The translations under genes were made by a program, and so were the position numbers. DNA of 64,000 bases from Acidobacteriota bacterium (lineage in GTDB: Bacteria; Acidobacteriota; UBA4820; DSQY01), in assembly GCA_021787565.1 (NCBI GenBank), contig JAJYLT010000012.1, positions 28,166 to 92,165 on the forward strand. The letters run 5' to 3'. The notes beneath the pieces are model-generated. The model was given only the letters and a program-made list of their open reading frames with translations, was not told the origin of the DNA and did not search any database. Position 1 is the first letter of the stretch; each line of letters opens with the position of its first letter. Of this stretch, positions 35,284 through 45,660 are shown piece by piece.

Positions 35284-36182
35284 TGGAGGAACGCATGCGC
35301 AGCGGCTTCATCGCGGTGGTGGGGCGGACCAACGTGGGCAAGTCCACCCTGGTGAACGGCCTGGTGGGTGAGAAGGTGGCCATCGTTACCCCCAAGCCCC
35401 AGACCACGCGAAACGTCATCCGGGGCATCCTGAACGAGGCGCGGGGCCAGATGGTCTTCCTCGACACCCCCGGGCTCCACAAGCCTCGGACGAGGATGAA
35501 CCAGACCATGGTGCGGCAGGCGCTGGAATCGGTGGAGGGCGTGGACGCGGTCCTCTGGATGGTGGACGCCTCCCATCCCTGGCAGGCCGAGGAGGAGCGG
35601 CTGGCCGCCCACCTGGCCAAGTCCGGCCGGCCGGTGGTCGTGGCCGTGAACAAGATCGATACCCTCGGCTCGCGCGAATCCGTGCTTCCCGTCCTGTCGG
35701 ACCTGGCCGCCCGCGTGCCGGATGGCACGCTCTACCCGCTGAGCGCGCTGGATCCCTCGCACTACCCGGGTTTGCTGGACCTGCTCTTTCCGCTGCTGCC
35801 CGAAGGGGAGCCGCTCTTCCCGCCCGAGCTCTACACCGACCAGCCGGAGAGGCAGCTCGTGGCGGAGGTGGTCCGAGAGCACGTCTTCTCCCGCACCTTC
35901 CAGGAGGTGCCCCACTGCGTGGGCGTCCTGGTGGAGAGCTTCGAGGAGGCGGCGGAGGAGGGGGGCAAGGTGACGCTCCACTGCGCCATCCTCGTGGAGC
36001 GCGAGAGCCAGAAGCCCATCCTCATCGGCAAGGGCGGCCAGAACCTCAAGGCCATCGGCATGGGTGCGCGCAGAGAACTCCAGCGCATCCTGGGCTGCGG
36101 CGTAGAGCTGAGGCTCTTCGTGAAGGTCAGGCCGGATTGGCGGGAGGACGCCTCCATCCTCCGCGAGATGGGGCTGGCGTGA
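35284..36182 (+). CDS. era: GTPase Era
   Basis: G1 GRTNVGKST, G3 DTPG, G4 NKID. C-terminal KH domain KPILIGKGGQNLK. Confidence 0.9.
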
Positions 36183-36289
36183 GGATGGAAACGGAGAGAC
36201 GGTGAAACGGGGAAACAGGGCGTGGAAGGCAGGCCTTCGAGAAGGCTATCGCGTCTTCAACGCCCCATCCCCCGGTCATTACCTGCGGA

Positions 36290-36733
36290 TTACTCGCCGC
36301 TCCCGGCCTTCCCGAACTGCCGGATGAGGTCCTTGAGGGCGACCACCACCCCAGGCTTATCCTTCAGGTCGGGGTTGGGGGCCATGGCCGCGCTCTTGCC
36401 CACGGCCGTCCCGCCCTCCACGATGGCCTTTTCGATGGTTGCGTCCGAGGTGGCCTTCTGCCAGGCCTTGCTGTGGTAGTCCTGCGGCTTGGGATTCAGG
36501 GCCACCGAGGCGGGCCCGTTCCCGCGTCCCTCCTGGCCGTGGCAGACGGCGCAACGCGTTTTGAAGATCTGGAGTGCCTCCGTGCGGTCCGCCGCTGTCA
36601 CCGTCACGCCGGAGCCCGCTCCGCCCGCAGGGGAGGCCGATGCCTGAGGACCTCCGCAGACGATGAGCAGGAAAAGAGAGAAGGCGGCAGCTACGGCCGC
36701 CGTTGTGATTCTCGTGCTGGAAGATGTTCGCAT
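36290..36733 (-). CDS. c-type cytochrome (monohaem, secreted)
   Basis: Signal peptide. Haem-binding CAVCHG motif. Confidence 0.6.
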   Translation of the reverse strand: MRTSSSTRITTAAVAAAFSLFLLIVCGGPQASASPAGGAGSGVTVTAADRTEALQIFKTRCAVCHGQEGRGNGPASVALNPKPQDYHSKAWQKATSDATIEKAIVEGGTAVGKSAAMAPNPDLKDKPGVVVALKDLIRQFGKAGSGE

Positions 36734-36944
36734 TCAAGTCCTCCTTTACAGTCGCCAGAAATCAGCTGGCCGCTTGCACCATGAACGGCAAGGCGGCGTA
36801 ACCGAGGGAGATCACCGCGCCGCCTTTCGGAGCAATGATCGGAGCAGGCCCGCGTCGCGCTTTCCGGTGCGACGCGGAACCTCTCCCCCAAGACAACCCT
36901 CGAAGGCGGGCGGATATGCCCGCCGCGGAGCGAGAACGTTCCCG

Positions 36945-37448
36945 CTAGCCGGCGGTGACCACCTGGATGACCGGCGGCTCCTTCTTGCCCAATTTCTGAA
37001 GCGCGAGGGAGAGCTTGGCGGCCAGGAGGCGCACCGCCCCGTCGAGGCTCTGGACGCCGATGTCGTCGCTCAAGCGGATCACCAGCTCGCCGTTGGGGCC
37101 GTAATGCCAGCTCTGTCCCGGTTGAATCAGGTAGGTGTAGTACTTGCGCAGGATGCGCTCCTCCACCTGCTGGCCTTGAGCCATGGCATCGGCATCGAGC
37201 TTGACGGCGCGAAGCTGCTCGGGGGAGGCCCGCCATCGCTCCAGCACGAAGGGCAGGATCTTGGCGCCCAGCTCCACGCGGCTCCCCTCGCGGCTCAGGA
37301 GCCGGAATCCTCCGGCGTCGGCGGCGGCTGCCACGGACACGGCGAGGGCGAGGAAGGCGAGCGGCGTCAGCCAGGGGCGGTCCAGAAGGAGCGGCAGAAA
37401 GGATCGGCGTGATCGGCTCATCGAGCCTCCCATTTCCATATGTACCAC
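36945..37448 (-). CDS. Hypothetical secreted protein
   Basis: N-terminal hydrophobic segment LTPLAFLALAVSVAAAA. No recognised domain. Confidence 0.35.
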   Translation of the reverse strand: MVHMEMGGSMSRSRRSFLPLLLDRPWLTPLAFLALAVSVAAAADAGGFRLLSREGSRVELGAKILPFVLERWRASPEQLRAVKLDADAMAQGQQVEERILRKYYTYLIQPGQSWHYGPNGELVIRLSDDIGVQSLDGAVRLLAAKLSLALQKLGKKEPPVIQVVTAG

Positions 37449-37496
37449 ACGCGGCCGGCGCGTGCCAGGGCGGTGGGGGGCGCTCCCGCCATCGTC

Positions 37497-38753
37497 CTAC
37501 GGAATCTCCACGGCCACCGGGCAGTATCGCTCCGGCGGCTGATCCGGGGTGATGAGCGGCGTGGCGCTGAGCCGGGGCAGGAAGCCGGCGAGGCGGCCCA
37601 GAAGCACGAATTCGCCGACCTGGAGGTAGGAGCATCCCTGGCGATCGCGGTGGGAGGAGTCCGGACGCAGATAGGCTTGAACCACCGTGTCACCCCTGAG
37701 CAGGCCGCTCCGGACCGCCTCCCGCCACCGCTCAGGTGGAGTGAACCCTCCGGCGAGGACGCCGGAGCCCTCGTAGCCACGGGCGGGTTTCAGGATGAAC
37801 TCCGCGGGCCGCCGAAGGAGGAGGGTCTCCATCTCCGCCTCTTCCCCGTTGAACTCCGTCTCCCCTCTGGCCAGCATGCGCGTCCAGGGTATGGAGGAGG
37901 CCAGACTGGCGCGCACCTTCTCCGGGTACAGATGAGCGAAAGCCGGGTCCGAGAACAGCACGAAGAGGGTTTTGCTCCAGGCCGGGTCGGTCCGGAAACC
38001 GCCCACGAAGCAGGCGGCGTCGCCGAGATAGGCATCAAGGAAGGGGCGCACCTGATCCGCCCGGGCAAAAAGCTCCTCGCTCACGACGCGCCGGTAGACC
38101 AGGTCGATGGAGCCCGAGCGACCCGCCAGCCGGCCATCCTTGAAACGCAGGCCCCGCGGGTCTTCGAGGGCGGCGGCGAAACCGCTCTCCGTGAAGAAGG
38201 CAGCCAGGGCCTCCTGCTCGGGGCGGGTCCCCACCTCCTCCCAGTCCACGATGGCGATGCGCGGGCTCTTGATGCCGCGCCGGTCCCACTGCCGGAAGCA
38301 AGAGATGAGGGCCTTCAGCAGCTTGTCCTGGAGGGGCGCGTGCTCCGGGGGCCGACCCGTCTCCCGACGCCACAGGGCGGAGAGGGCGGCGGCGTAGTGC
38401 CAGCCCGCCGTGCCGTCGGTGTTGAATTCCATGAAGCGGGGACCGCCCGGGAAGAGAAAGGAGTCCATGCGGCCGAGTGGAATGGCCGGCTGGTAGCCGG
38501 GGTCCTTGAGGATGCAGTCGGTCTGAAGGGCCCCGTAGCCGAACAGCTCCCGGAGGCTGGGGGTGCGAACAAAGGCCTCGGAGACGATCTCCGCCGCCCG
38601 CCAGAGCTGCTCCACGGCATCGGTCAGGTTATCCAGCTCTGCCCCGCCTATGTCAAAGGGAGTGCGGGTCACGGGGAGAGGACGGCCCCGGAAGGCGATC
38701 CCATGCTCCAGCAGGAGTTCGTCAGACCAAGGGTTGTCGAAGGATGGGGCCAT
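37497..38753 (-). CDS. Glutathionylspermidine-synthase-like / circularly permuted ATP-grasp family protein
   Basis: About 419 aa. General resemblance to GSP-synth/CP-ATPgrasp_2 families (FNTDGTAGWHY, ILKPARGYEGSGV). Assignment is tentative. Confidence 0.45.
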   Translation of the reverse strand: MAPSFDNPWSDELLLEHGIAFRGRPLPVTRTPFDIGGAELDNLTDAVEQLWRAAEIVSEAFVRTPSLRELFGYGALQTDCILKDPGYQPAIPLGRMDSFLFPGGPRFMEFNTDGTAGWHYAAALSALWRRETGRPPEHAPLQDKLLKALISCFRQWDRRGIKSPRIAIVDWEEVGTRPEQEALAAFFTESGFAAALEDPRGLRFKDGRLAGRSGSIDLVYRRVVSEELFARADQVRPFLDAYLGDAACFVGGFRTDPAWSKTLFVLFSDPAFAHLYPEKVRASLASSIPWTRMLARGETEFNGEEAEMETLLLRRPAEFILKPARGYEGSGVLAGGFTPPERWREAVRSGLLRGDTVVQAYLRPDSSHRDRQGCSYLQVGEFVLLGRLAGFLPRLSATPLITPDQPPERYCPVAVEIP

Positions 38754-38970
38754 CGCGCCTCCGGGGGGGCCGCTCGCGCCACGGAGCCGTATACCACGAT
38801 TGCCGCGCGCGAGTCCACAGAGCAGGTAGGCCGGCCCCCAGGGGCCGCGATGGAATTTCCGCCGGTGCGCCGGTGTGGGAGCCGTCGCCCGACGGCGACT
38901 TCCGCCCATTCGCGATCTGGCGATCATTCCCACGGCGCCAAATGCTGGAAGCGAAAGCTCCCGATCCCGG

Positions 38971-39549
38971 TCAGAATGCCTTGCCCAGCTGGCGAGCCTC
39001 GGCGAGCATGGTCTCGCGAACCTCCGGTGGAACAGACGGGACGGCGAAGAAGGTCTTGTGCTGGACATCGGGGATGCCGCAGAATCGCAGGGTCCCGTCG
39101 GTCATGGGGCGGATGTAGATCTCCTTGGCCTTGCCCGCGTCGTAGCTGTCTTCGGGGCCCCCCGTGGTGTTGACGACGAGGGCCTTCTTGTGTTTCAACA
39201 GCCCCTTGAGGCCCTCCGGGGTAATGGCGAAGGCGAAGCCCTGGAGGAGGACGCGGTCGATCCAGCCCTTGAGGGCCGCCGGCAACCCAAACCACCACAC
39301 CGGGTAGATGAAGACCAGGCCCTCGGCCCAGCTCACTAGGTCCTGCTCCTTCTGGATGTCAGGCGGGGTGGTACCACCCATGATCTGGCCGAAGTCGGTC
39401 CCGTCGAGGGTGGCCTTGAAGGGCTCGGCGTAGAGGTCGTGGACCTTCACCGCGTGCCCGGCCTCCTTCAGGCCCGCGGTGATCGTCTCGAGGACGGCAT
39501 GGTTAAAGCTCTTGGGGTTGGGATGGCTGTAGACGACGAGTACGTTCAT
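38971..39549 (-). CDS. Flavodoxin-like NAD(P)H-dependent oxidoreductase (NQO/FMN reductase family)
   Basis: MNVLVVYSHPNPKSFNHA, VFIYPVWWFGLPAALKGWIDRV. Confidence 0.7.
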   Translation of the reverse strand: MNVLVVYSHPNPKSFNHAVLETITAGLKEAGHAVKVHDLYAEPFKATLDGTDFGQIMGGTTPPDIQKEQDLVSWAEGLVFIYPVWWFGLPAALKGWIDRVLLQGFAFAITPEGLKGLLKHKKALVVNTTGGPEDSYDAGKAKEIYIRPMTDGTLRFCGIPDVQHKTFFAVPSVPPEVRETMLAEARQLGKAF

Positions 39550-39792
39550 CGCTTTCTCCTCTTCAGCTTGGATGGGCACTCTCGCCCCCCACCTGCTCTG
39601 ACAAATACCTAACCGTGCCCCGTTGCCGTTTCTTCCCCAAGAAGGATTCAAACCCTACAGCGGCGCGAAGCGGAATCCGTGGAAACGGCGAGGCCGCGGC
39701 TTGCTGGTTGCGTGCCCCGACGGTTTCGAGCGGCTTGACAGGGTGGCCGGCGGGCCCCATACTCAAGCTAAGTTCAAATAAGGAGGTTAGCC

Positions 39793-40314
39793 ATGGCGAA
39801 GGAAAACACAGCGGTTGCCGTTTTCAATACTCATGTCGAGGCCGAAACTGCCGTGAAGGAATTGCAAAAATCGGGCTACGACATGAAGAGGCTGTCCATC
39901 GTGGGCAAGGACTATCACACCGAGGAGCAGGTGACCGGCTACTATCAGGCTGGTGACCGCATGGTGTACTGGGGCAAGCTGGGCGCTTTTTGGGGGGGGC
40001 TGTGGGGCATTCTATTTGGAGCCGCCTTCTTCTTTGTCCCTGGGATCGGCCCGCTAGTGGTGGCCGGGCCCCTGGTGGCCGCCATCGTTGGGGGCCTGGA
40101 GGGCGCGGTGGCCGTCGGGGGCCTGAGCGCGCTTGGCGCTGGCCTTTACAGTATGGGCATTCCAAAGAACAGCGTCCTCAAGTATGAAACCTCCATCAAA
40201 TCCGACAAGTTCCTGCTGGTGGTGCATGGCTCGGCGGAGGAGATGGCCAGGGCCAAGGGGATCCTGGAAGGCATCGGGCACGAGGTGAACGTTCATCCTC
40301 CCAGTGAGGGATGA
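39793..40314 (+). CDS. General stress protein 17M-like (DUF1269) membrane protein
   Basis: AVFNTHVEAETAVKELQKSGYDMKRLSIVGK followed by Gly-rich TM helices. Confidence 0.6.
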   Translation: MAKENTAVAVFNTHVEAETAVKELQKSGYDMKRLSIVGKDYHTEEQVTGYYQAGDRMVYWGKLGAFWGGLWGILFGAAFFFVPGIGPLVVAGPLVAAIVGGLEGAVAVGGLSALGAGLYSMGIPKNSVLKYETSIKSDKFLLVVHGSAEEMARAKGILEGIGHEVNVHPPSEG

Positions 40315-40466
40315 GCGCGGGAGCCCGGCCAGCAGCATGGACGCCAAAGGCTATCGCAGCTGAGTCTTCGGCGCGCTTGCTGCTGCCATCCGGCGCCGGA
40401 AAAGACTCTTCAGACGTGGTCCGTTCCGTATTTTTGTCGCTGTGATCTTCAGAAGGAGGTAAGAAC

Positions 40467-40910
40467 ATGGGCAGGAAGAACGTGTTCATCCACTTACTCG
40501 CGGCGAGCCTTCTGGGGGCCGCCTTGCTAGCCCTCTCGGGGTGCGCGACGACGGGAGAACGCGCGTCGGGGCCGCTGCCCCAGCCCGTTCGCATAGCCTC
40601 CATCGTCGAGTGGAGCAAAGGCGGCGTTCCGGCCGCGACCATCATCCGGCGGATTCGCGACTCGGGAACGGCTTACCACCTGAGCGCAGGCCAAATGGTC
40701 AAGCTGCACCAAGAGGGCGTTCCGAACGTCGTACTGAATTACATGCAGGCCACCTATGTGGATGCCGTGAGCCGGAACCGGGCCCGCATGGACATCCGGA
40801 ACTGGAACCGCTACGACGACGGCTTTTACTACGGAGGTGCCGGGTACGGCTGGGGTTGGCCCTCGTTTGACGATGAAGAGGGCGGCGATATGGGCGGCGA
40901 AGGGGACTAG
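40467..40910 (+). CDS. Hypothetical lipoprotein
   Basis: Lipobox LLALSGC. Confidence 0.5.
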   Translation: MGRKNVFIHLLAASLLGAALLALSGCATTGERASGPLPQPVRIASIVEWSKGGVPAATIIRRIRDSGTAYHLSAGQMVKLHQEGVPNVVLNYMQATYVDAVSRNRARMDIRNWNRYDDGFYYGGAGYGWGWPSFDDEEGGDMGGEGD

Positions 40911-40977
40911 CAGGCGCGCGGGGGGGGCCGCCTGGCGCCCGAATCATTACGGCGTCAAGAGTCTTGAAGGGCACCCC

Positions 40978-41005
40978 GGTGGGTGCCCTTTTCTTCGCCC
41001 ATGGG
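40978..41005 (+). terminator. Rho-independent terminator
   Basis: Hairpin GGGCACCC-cggt-GGGTGCCC followed by TTTTCTT, downstream of the lipoprotein gene. Confidence 0.6.
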
Positions 41006-41085
41006 TTACTTTTGCGGTTATCGTGCATCTTCTAACTTCTTGGGCACCGGAAAAGAACTGATGCGGGGCCCGAAGGAGAAGACGC

Positions 41086-41505
41086 ATGGCGGACAAAATG
41101 AACCTCATCCTCATGAATGGCACGCTGGACAAGCTGCTGGCCGCGACGACCATTACCTCTGGCGCCGTGGCCATGGGCAAGGAGGTGACGATTTTTGTCA
41201 CATTCTGGGGGCTCAATGCTTTCCGAAAGGGCGCGTGGGCGGACCCGGCCGCACAGAAGCTCCCTGCGGACTACCAGCAGTACGCTCCCGCCTTGAAAGA
41301 GGCCATGCAGCGCATGGGCGTCAAGCCCTGGATCGAAACGCTCAAGACGGCCAAAGAACTCGGCAACGTCAAGGTCTACGCGTGCGGCCTGACCATGGAC
41401 ATGTTCGGGCTCAAGCTCGCGGATTTGGAAGACGTGGTGGACGGGGAGAAGGGGGTCGCCGGCTTCGTCGGTGATTCGGAAGGCGCGCAAGTACTCGTGT
41501 TCTAG
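41086..41505 (+). CDS. DsrE/DsrF-like sulfur-relay family protein
   Basis: Size and pattern (FVTFWGLNAF...VYACGLTMDMFG) are typical of DsrE-like proteins encoded next to TusA. Confidence 0.55.
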   Translation: MADKMNLILMNGTLDKLLAATTITSGAVAMGKEVTIFVTFWGLNAFRKGAWADPAAQKLPADYQQYAPALKEAMQRMGVKPWIETLKTAKELGNVKVYACGLTMDMFGLKLADLEDVVDGEKGVAGFVGDSEGAQVLVF

Positions 41506-41529
41506 GCACCATTCTCCCGGAGGCTCTCT

Positions 41530-41769
41530 ATGCCCGACCTAACGATCAAACAGGAAATCGACGCTCGGGGGAGCGCTTGCCCAGGCCCCCTCATGGAACT
41601 GATCCGAGGGCTCAAATCGGCCAGCGTGGGTGAAGTGGTAGCCGTGCTGTCGAACGACCCTGGTTCCAACAAGGACATCCCGGAATGGGTCCAGAAGATC
41701 GGTTACGAACTCGTGGCCGCTGAAACCACGGGGAACCAGACCCGCTTCGTGGTCCGCAAAACCAAATAA
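41530..41769 (+). CDS. TusA-like sulfurtransferase
   Basis: CPGP active-site motif (DARGSACPGPLMEL). 79 aa. Confidence 0.75.
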   Translation: MPDLTIKQEIDARGSACPGPLMELIRGLKSASVGEVVAVLSNDPGSNKDIPEWVQKIGYELVAAETTGNQTRFVVRKTK

Positions 41770-41849
41770 CCTTTTCCTTTCCTGGAGCCCGGTCACCTCA
41801 GACTCCGGAAAGAAAAACCACGGCCCTTTTGGCTGCGTAGGAGAATGGC

Positions 41850-42989
41850 ATGCACCGAATCGTCATTCTGGGGGCGGGCGTGGGGGGAAGCGTGCTCGCC
41901 AACCACCTGGCGGAGCACCTGAAGGAAGAGATCGCCAGCGGAGCGGTGGGTATCACCCTGCTCACCGACAACCCGGAGCACACCTATAAGCCCGGTTTCC
42001 TGTACGTCGCCTTCGGCAAGGACGAGGCGAGGGTCTTCCGTCGGCCCGTCCGGGAACTGCTCAACCCGCTGGTCACTCTGGAGACCGAGACCGTCACTGG
42101 CGTCGACACCAAGACACGGCATGTGCACACCCAGAGCGGCCGCCGCTTTGCCTTTGACCAGCTCGTTCTTGCCACGGGGGCACGGGTACTGCCCCAAGCT
42201 ACGCCGGGATTGGCCGAAAGGGGCAACTGGTTCTACACCCTGGAGGGCGCCCTCGCGCTGCGGCAAAAGATCGACCAGATTGAAGGGGGACGGGTCGTCG
42301 TCTCCGTCATCGGCATCCCCCACATGTGCCCGGTCGCCCCGCTGGAAGTGACCCTCATCCTGGAGGACCTCTTGCGGCTTCGGGGAATGCGGGAGAAGGT
42401 GGAGATCCTCTACACCTATCCCATCAACCGGGTGCACAGCATTCCCAGCGTGGCGGAGTGGGCGGCGAAGGAGTTCGAGAGCCGTGGCATCCGGAGCGAA
42501 ACCTTCTTCAACGCCGACCACGTGGACCCAGAAAAGAACGTGCTTGCGAGCTTGGAAGGCACGGAGATCCCCTTCGACCTCCTCATCGCCATCCCCGAGC
42601 ACCGGTCGGCCTCATACCTCGAAGACTCGGGCCTGGCCAAGGGCGGCTGGGTCGCTACCGACCGCGGTACGCTCGCCGTGAACGGTCAGGAAGGCATTTG
42701 GGCCCTCGGCGACACGACGGACCTGCCCGTAAGCAAGGCGGGGTCCGTGGCCCACTACCAGGCCTTCGTGCTGGCGAGAAACGTGGTGTGCACCTTCAGG
42801 GGCCGCAAGCCGGCCTTCCAGTACGACGGCAAGACCATGTGCTTCATCGAGACGGGTCTGGACAGCGCCACCTTCATCGAGTTCAGCTATCTGCGTCCCC
42901 CCAGGCCTCAACGCCCCTCCAAGATGATCCACTGGGCTAAGCTCGTCTACAACAACACCTACTGGCTGAACGTCCGGGGTGTTTTCTAA
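41850..42989 (+). CDS. sqr: Sulfide:quinone oxidoreductase-like FAD-dependent oxidoreductase
   Basis: Rossmann fold IVILGAGVGGSVLANHL. SQR-like length. Adjacent to TusA and DUF1641. Confidence 0.65.
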   Translation: MHRIVILGAGVGGSVLANHLAEHLKEEIASGAVGITLLTDNPEHTYKPGFLYVAFGKDEARVFRRPVRELLNPLVTLETETVTGVDTKTRHVHTQSGRRFAFDQLVLATGARVLPQATPGLAERGNWFYTLEGALALRQKIDQIEGGRVVVSVIGIPHMCPVAPLEVTLILEDLLRLRGMREKVEILYTYPINRVHSIPSVAEWAAKEFESRGIRSETFFNADHVDPEKNVLASLEGTEIPFDLLIAIPEHRSASYLEDSGLAKGGWVATDRGTLAVNGQEGIWALGDTTDLPVSKAGSVAHYQAFVLARNVVCTFRGRKPAFQYDGKTMCFIETGLDSATFIEFSYLRPPRPQRPSKMIHWAKLVYNNTYWLNVRGVF

Positions 42990-43004
42990 GGGCGGAGGAC
43001 GGCC

Positions 43005-43616
43005 ATGGCAGACACCCAGCAAACAGTCGCTAACGAAGTCCTGCTGCACAAGATGGATCTCCTCTTGGAGCGGTTGGATCACCTCGAACGGAGGCTCGAC
43101 GCCCTGGAAACGGGCGGCGTGGCGGAGATCGGCCATTCCCTGGAGCTTCTCGAGGGAGCGCTCACGGACGACATGGTGAAGGCCCTCGCCCAAAAGCTCC
43201 GGTTTCTTGGGGAAGCGGCCTTCTCGCCCGAGATCGAGGGATATCTGAGCCAGCTCCGCCAACCTGAGTTCGTGGAGATGCTCCAGAACCTCACCGACCC
43301 GAAGACCTTGGAGCTCCTTAACGGTCTCTTGATGAGCGCCTCCCTCCTGCGGGACGCCCTGACGGACAACATGATCACCGAACTCGTCCAGAAAATCCGG
43401 ACGCTGGCCGAGGTGGTTCTCGACCCCTGGGTGAACGAGTTGCTCGTGCGCTTCAACAGGGCCCTCAAACTGGCCCAGGCCACCTACCCGGACGTGAAAG
43501 TGAAGCCCGTCGGCGGCGTACTGGCTGCCCTGCGGCAGGCCAATGACCCGGATTCCCGGCGGGTAGCGGCTCTCATGCTCGCGGTCATCAAACAAATGGG
43601 CCGCGAGCTCGCCTAA
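43005..43616 (+). CDS. DUF1641-family protein (SQR-associated)
   Basis: Coiled-coil repeats. Conserved position downstream of SQR. Confidence 0.5.
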   Translation: MADTQQTVANEVLLHKMDLLLERLDHLERRLDALETGGVAEIGHSLELLEGALTDDMVKALAQKLRFLGEAAFSPEIEGYLSQLRQPEFVEMLQNLTDPKTLELLNGLLMSASLLRDALTDNMITELVQKIRTLAEVVLDPWVNELLVRFNRALKLAQATYPDVKVKPVGGVLAALRQANDPDSRRVAALMLAVIKQMGRELA

Positions 43617-43634
43617 GGATCCGCGCAGGAAAGA

Positions 43635-44843
43635 GTGTTCGCGGGAGGCGTCATGGAAGACATGCACCCACGAGGGACGGAAGCCGGAGAACCGGTGCGC
43701 CTGGGCGTCCTCTCCTGGGCCCACTTCATGAACGACGGCTACGTCAACTACCTGCCAGGCATCCTCCCCGTGCTTTTGGAACGCCTCCAGGTGCCGCTGG
43801 CGCTGGCGGGGAGCCTCATCCTCGCCGTCCAGGGGCTCGGCTCCCTCCTCCAGCCAGTGGCCGGCTGGTGGGCGGACCGGCGCGGGGGGCGCGCGTTCAT
43901 CATCGGAGGTCTCGCGCTCAGCGCCTTGGGGGGCAGCGTCATCGGCATGGCGCCGACCTACTGGATCCTCATCGCGGTCCTCGTCTTCGCGGGGCTCGGC
44001 AACGCCGCCTTCCATCCCCAGGCGCTCGCCGGCGCGCGGCAGCTCGCGCGCCACCGGGAGGGGCTCACCCTGTCGGTATTCCTCGTGGGAGGCGAGCTGG
44101 GACGGAGCCTCTGGCCGACCCTGGCGGGGCTCGTGGTGGCCTGGCTGGGGCTCCAGGGGCTATGGGTCGTGGCCCTTCCGGGCGCACTCACCCTGTTGCT
44201 TCTGGCACGCATGGCCCCGAGCCTCCCCGCGCGTCCCACTCAGCCGCTGGGCGAGGCTTTCCGGTCTCAGCGCTGGGCGGTCTGGGCGCTGGTGGGCTTC
44301 GTGGGCCTGAGGGCCCTCGTCTCCTACGGCGTTTCGACCTTCGTGCCGCTCCTATGGCACGCGAAGGGCGGCTCCCTGCTCGGGGGCGCGTCGTTGATCA
44401 CCGTCATGCTGGGCGTGGGGATCGCCGGTAACCTGGCGGGTGGGGGGCTGGCCGACCGGATCGGGCGAAGGCCGGTGTTGGTGGGTTCGAGCGTCTTCTC
44501 GGGGCTCTTCCTCGCCCTATTCCTCCTGGCCAGCGGAGCCTGGCTCTGGCTCCTGCTGGGGCTCCTGGGCATGGCGACCTTCGCCACGGCGGCCGTCACC
44601 ATGCTCGTGGGCCAGGACCTCTTCCCGCACCACCACTCCATGGCCTCGGGGTTGGCGCTCGGCGTGGGCAATGCCGCCGGGGCCGCGGCGGTCTTCCTCC
44701 TCGGCTTCGTCGCCGGCCGCTTCGGCCTCGTGGCCGCGCTCTGGTGGATCGTGGTGCTGGCTTTTCTCGGCGTGCCTCTCGCGCTCGCGCTTCCCGAACG
44801 CCCGGCTACCCGGGGCGGAAAGCCGGCGGGCCAGAGCGCGTAA
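43635..44843 (+). CDS. MFS transporter
   Basis: 12 predicted TM helices. MFS motif GWWADRRGGR between TM2 and TM3. Confidence 0.7.
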   Translation: MFAGGVMEDMHPRGTEAGEPVRLGVLSWAHFMNDGYVNYLPGILPVLLERLQVPLALAGSLILAVQGLGSLLQPVAGWWADRRGGRAFIIGGLALSALGGSVIGMAPTYWILIAVLVFAGLGNAAFHPQALAGARQLARHREGLTLSVFLVGGELGRSLWPTLAGLVVAWLGLQGLWVVALPGALTLLLLARMAPSLPARPTQPLGEAFRSQRWAVWALVGFVGLRALVSYGVSTFVPLLWHAKGGSLLGGASLITVMLGVGIAGNLAGGGLADRIGRRPVLVGSSVFSGLFLALFLLASGAWLWLLLGLLGMATFATAAVTMLVGQDLFPHHHSMASGLALGVGNAAGAAAVFLLGFVAGRFGLVAALWWIVVLAFLGVPLALALPERPATRGGKPAGQSA

Positions 44844-44869
44844 GGCCCCGGTCCCGAGCCGGCGGAGGC

Positions 44870-45601
44870 TCAGTCGGAGAGCTTCTGGTAGAGGCGGCCG
44901 GGGGCGAGGCGCGCCATGAGCGCGATGAGGACCCAGCGGCGCGGCACGTAGGCGACCTTGGCCCTGCGGCGGATGGCCCGGAAGATGCCTCGCGCGGCCG
45001 TCTCCGCGTCCACCACCCAGAACATGCCCGGCTGGTCCTCCGTCATGTGGGTGCGGACGTACCCGGGCCGCACGTCGGTGACGCCGATGCCGAATCGGCC
45101 GAGGTTAGCGCGGAGCCCGTCCAGGTACCGTGAGGCGAAGGCCTTGGAGGCGTTGTAGGCGGGGACGGCGGCGCTGCCGCTCAGGGCGGCCACGGAGGAG
45201 ATGCCGACGATGTGGCCGCGCTTCTGCTGGTAGAAGAACCTCGCGGCCCAAGAAGCGCAGCCCACGAAGCCGAGGACGTTCGTGGCGACGGTCACCCGTT
45301 CCTGCTCCCAGGCCAGCTTGCGGTTGTGGGGGGCCACGCCCGCGTTGACGACCATGCAGTCCAGTCCTCGCAGCTCGGCGGCGAGGGCGTCGAGGTGAGA
45401 GGGGAGCGCGTCGGCGTCGGTGACGTCGGCCGCGCGGACCTTGACGGAGGGGCCCAGCTCACCGGCCAGGGCCTCCAGAGCCGCCTGGTTGCGGGCCAGG
45501 AGGCCCAGCGCCCAGCCTTCCCGGGCCATGATCCGCGCCAGCTCGCGGCCCAGGCCCGCGCTGGCTCCCGTGATGATCGCTTTGGGCATTCTCTCCTCCA
45601 T
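44870..45601 (-). CDS. SDR-family oxidoreductase
   Basis: ITGASAGLGRELAR Rossmann motif. YNASK catalytic motif. Confidence 0.8.
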   Translation of the reverse strand: MEERMPKAIITGASAGLGRELARIMAREGWALGLLARNQAALEALAGELGPSVKVRAADVTDADALPSHLDALAAELRGLDCMVVNAGVAPHNRKLAWEQERVTVATNVLGFVGCASWAARFFYQQKRGHIVGISSVAALSGSAAVPAYNASKAFASRYLDGLRANLGRFGIGVTDVRPGYVRTHMTEDQPGMFWVVDAETAARGIFRAIRRRAKVAYVPRRWVLIALMARLAPGRLYQKLSD

Positions 45602-45660
45602 GCTCGATCCACCCTACCGCACGCGGGGCCGGGCGGTGAACGCGCCTGCGCAGTTGGCCC

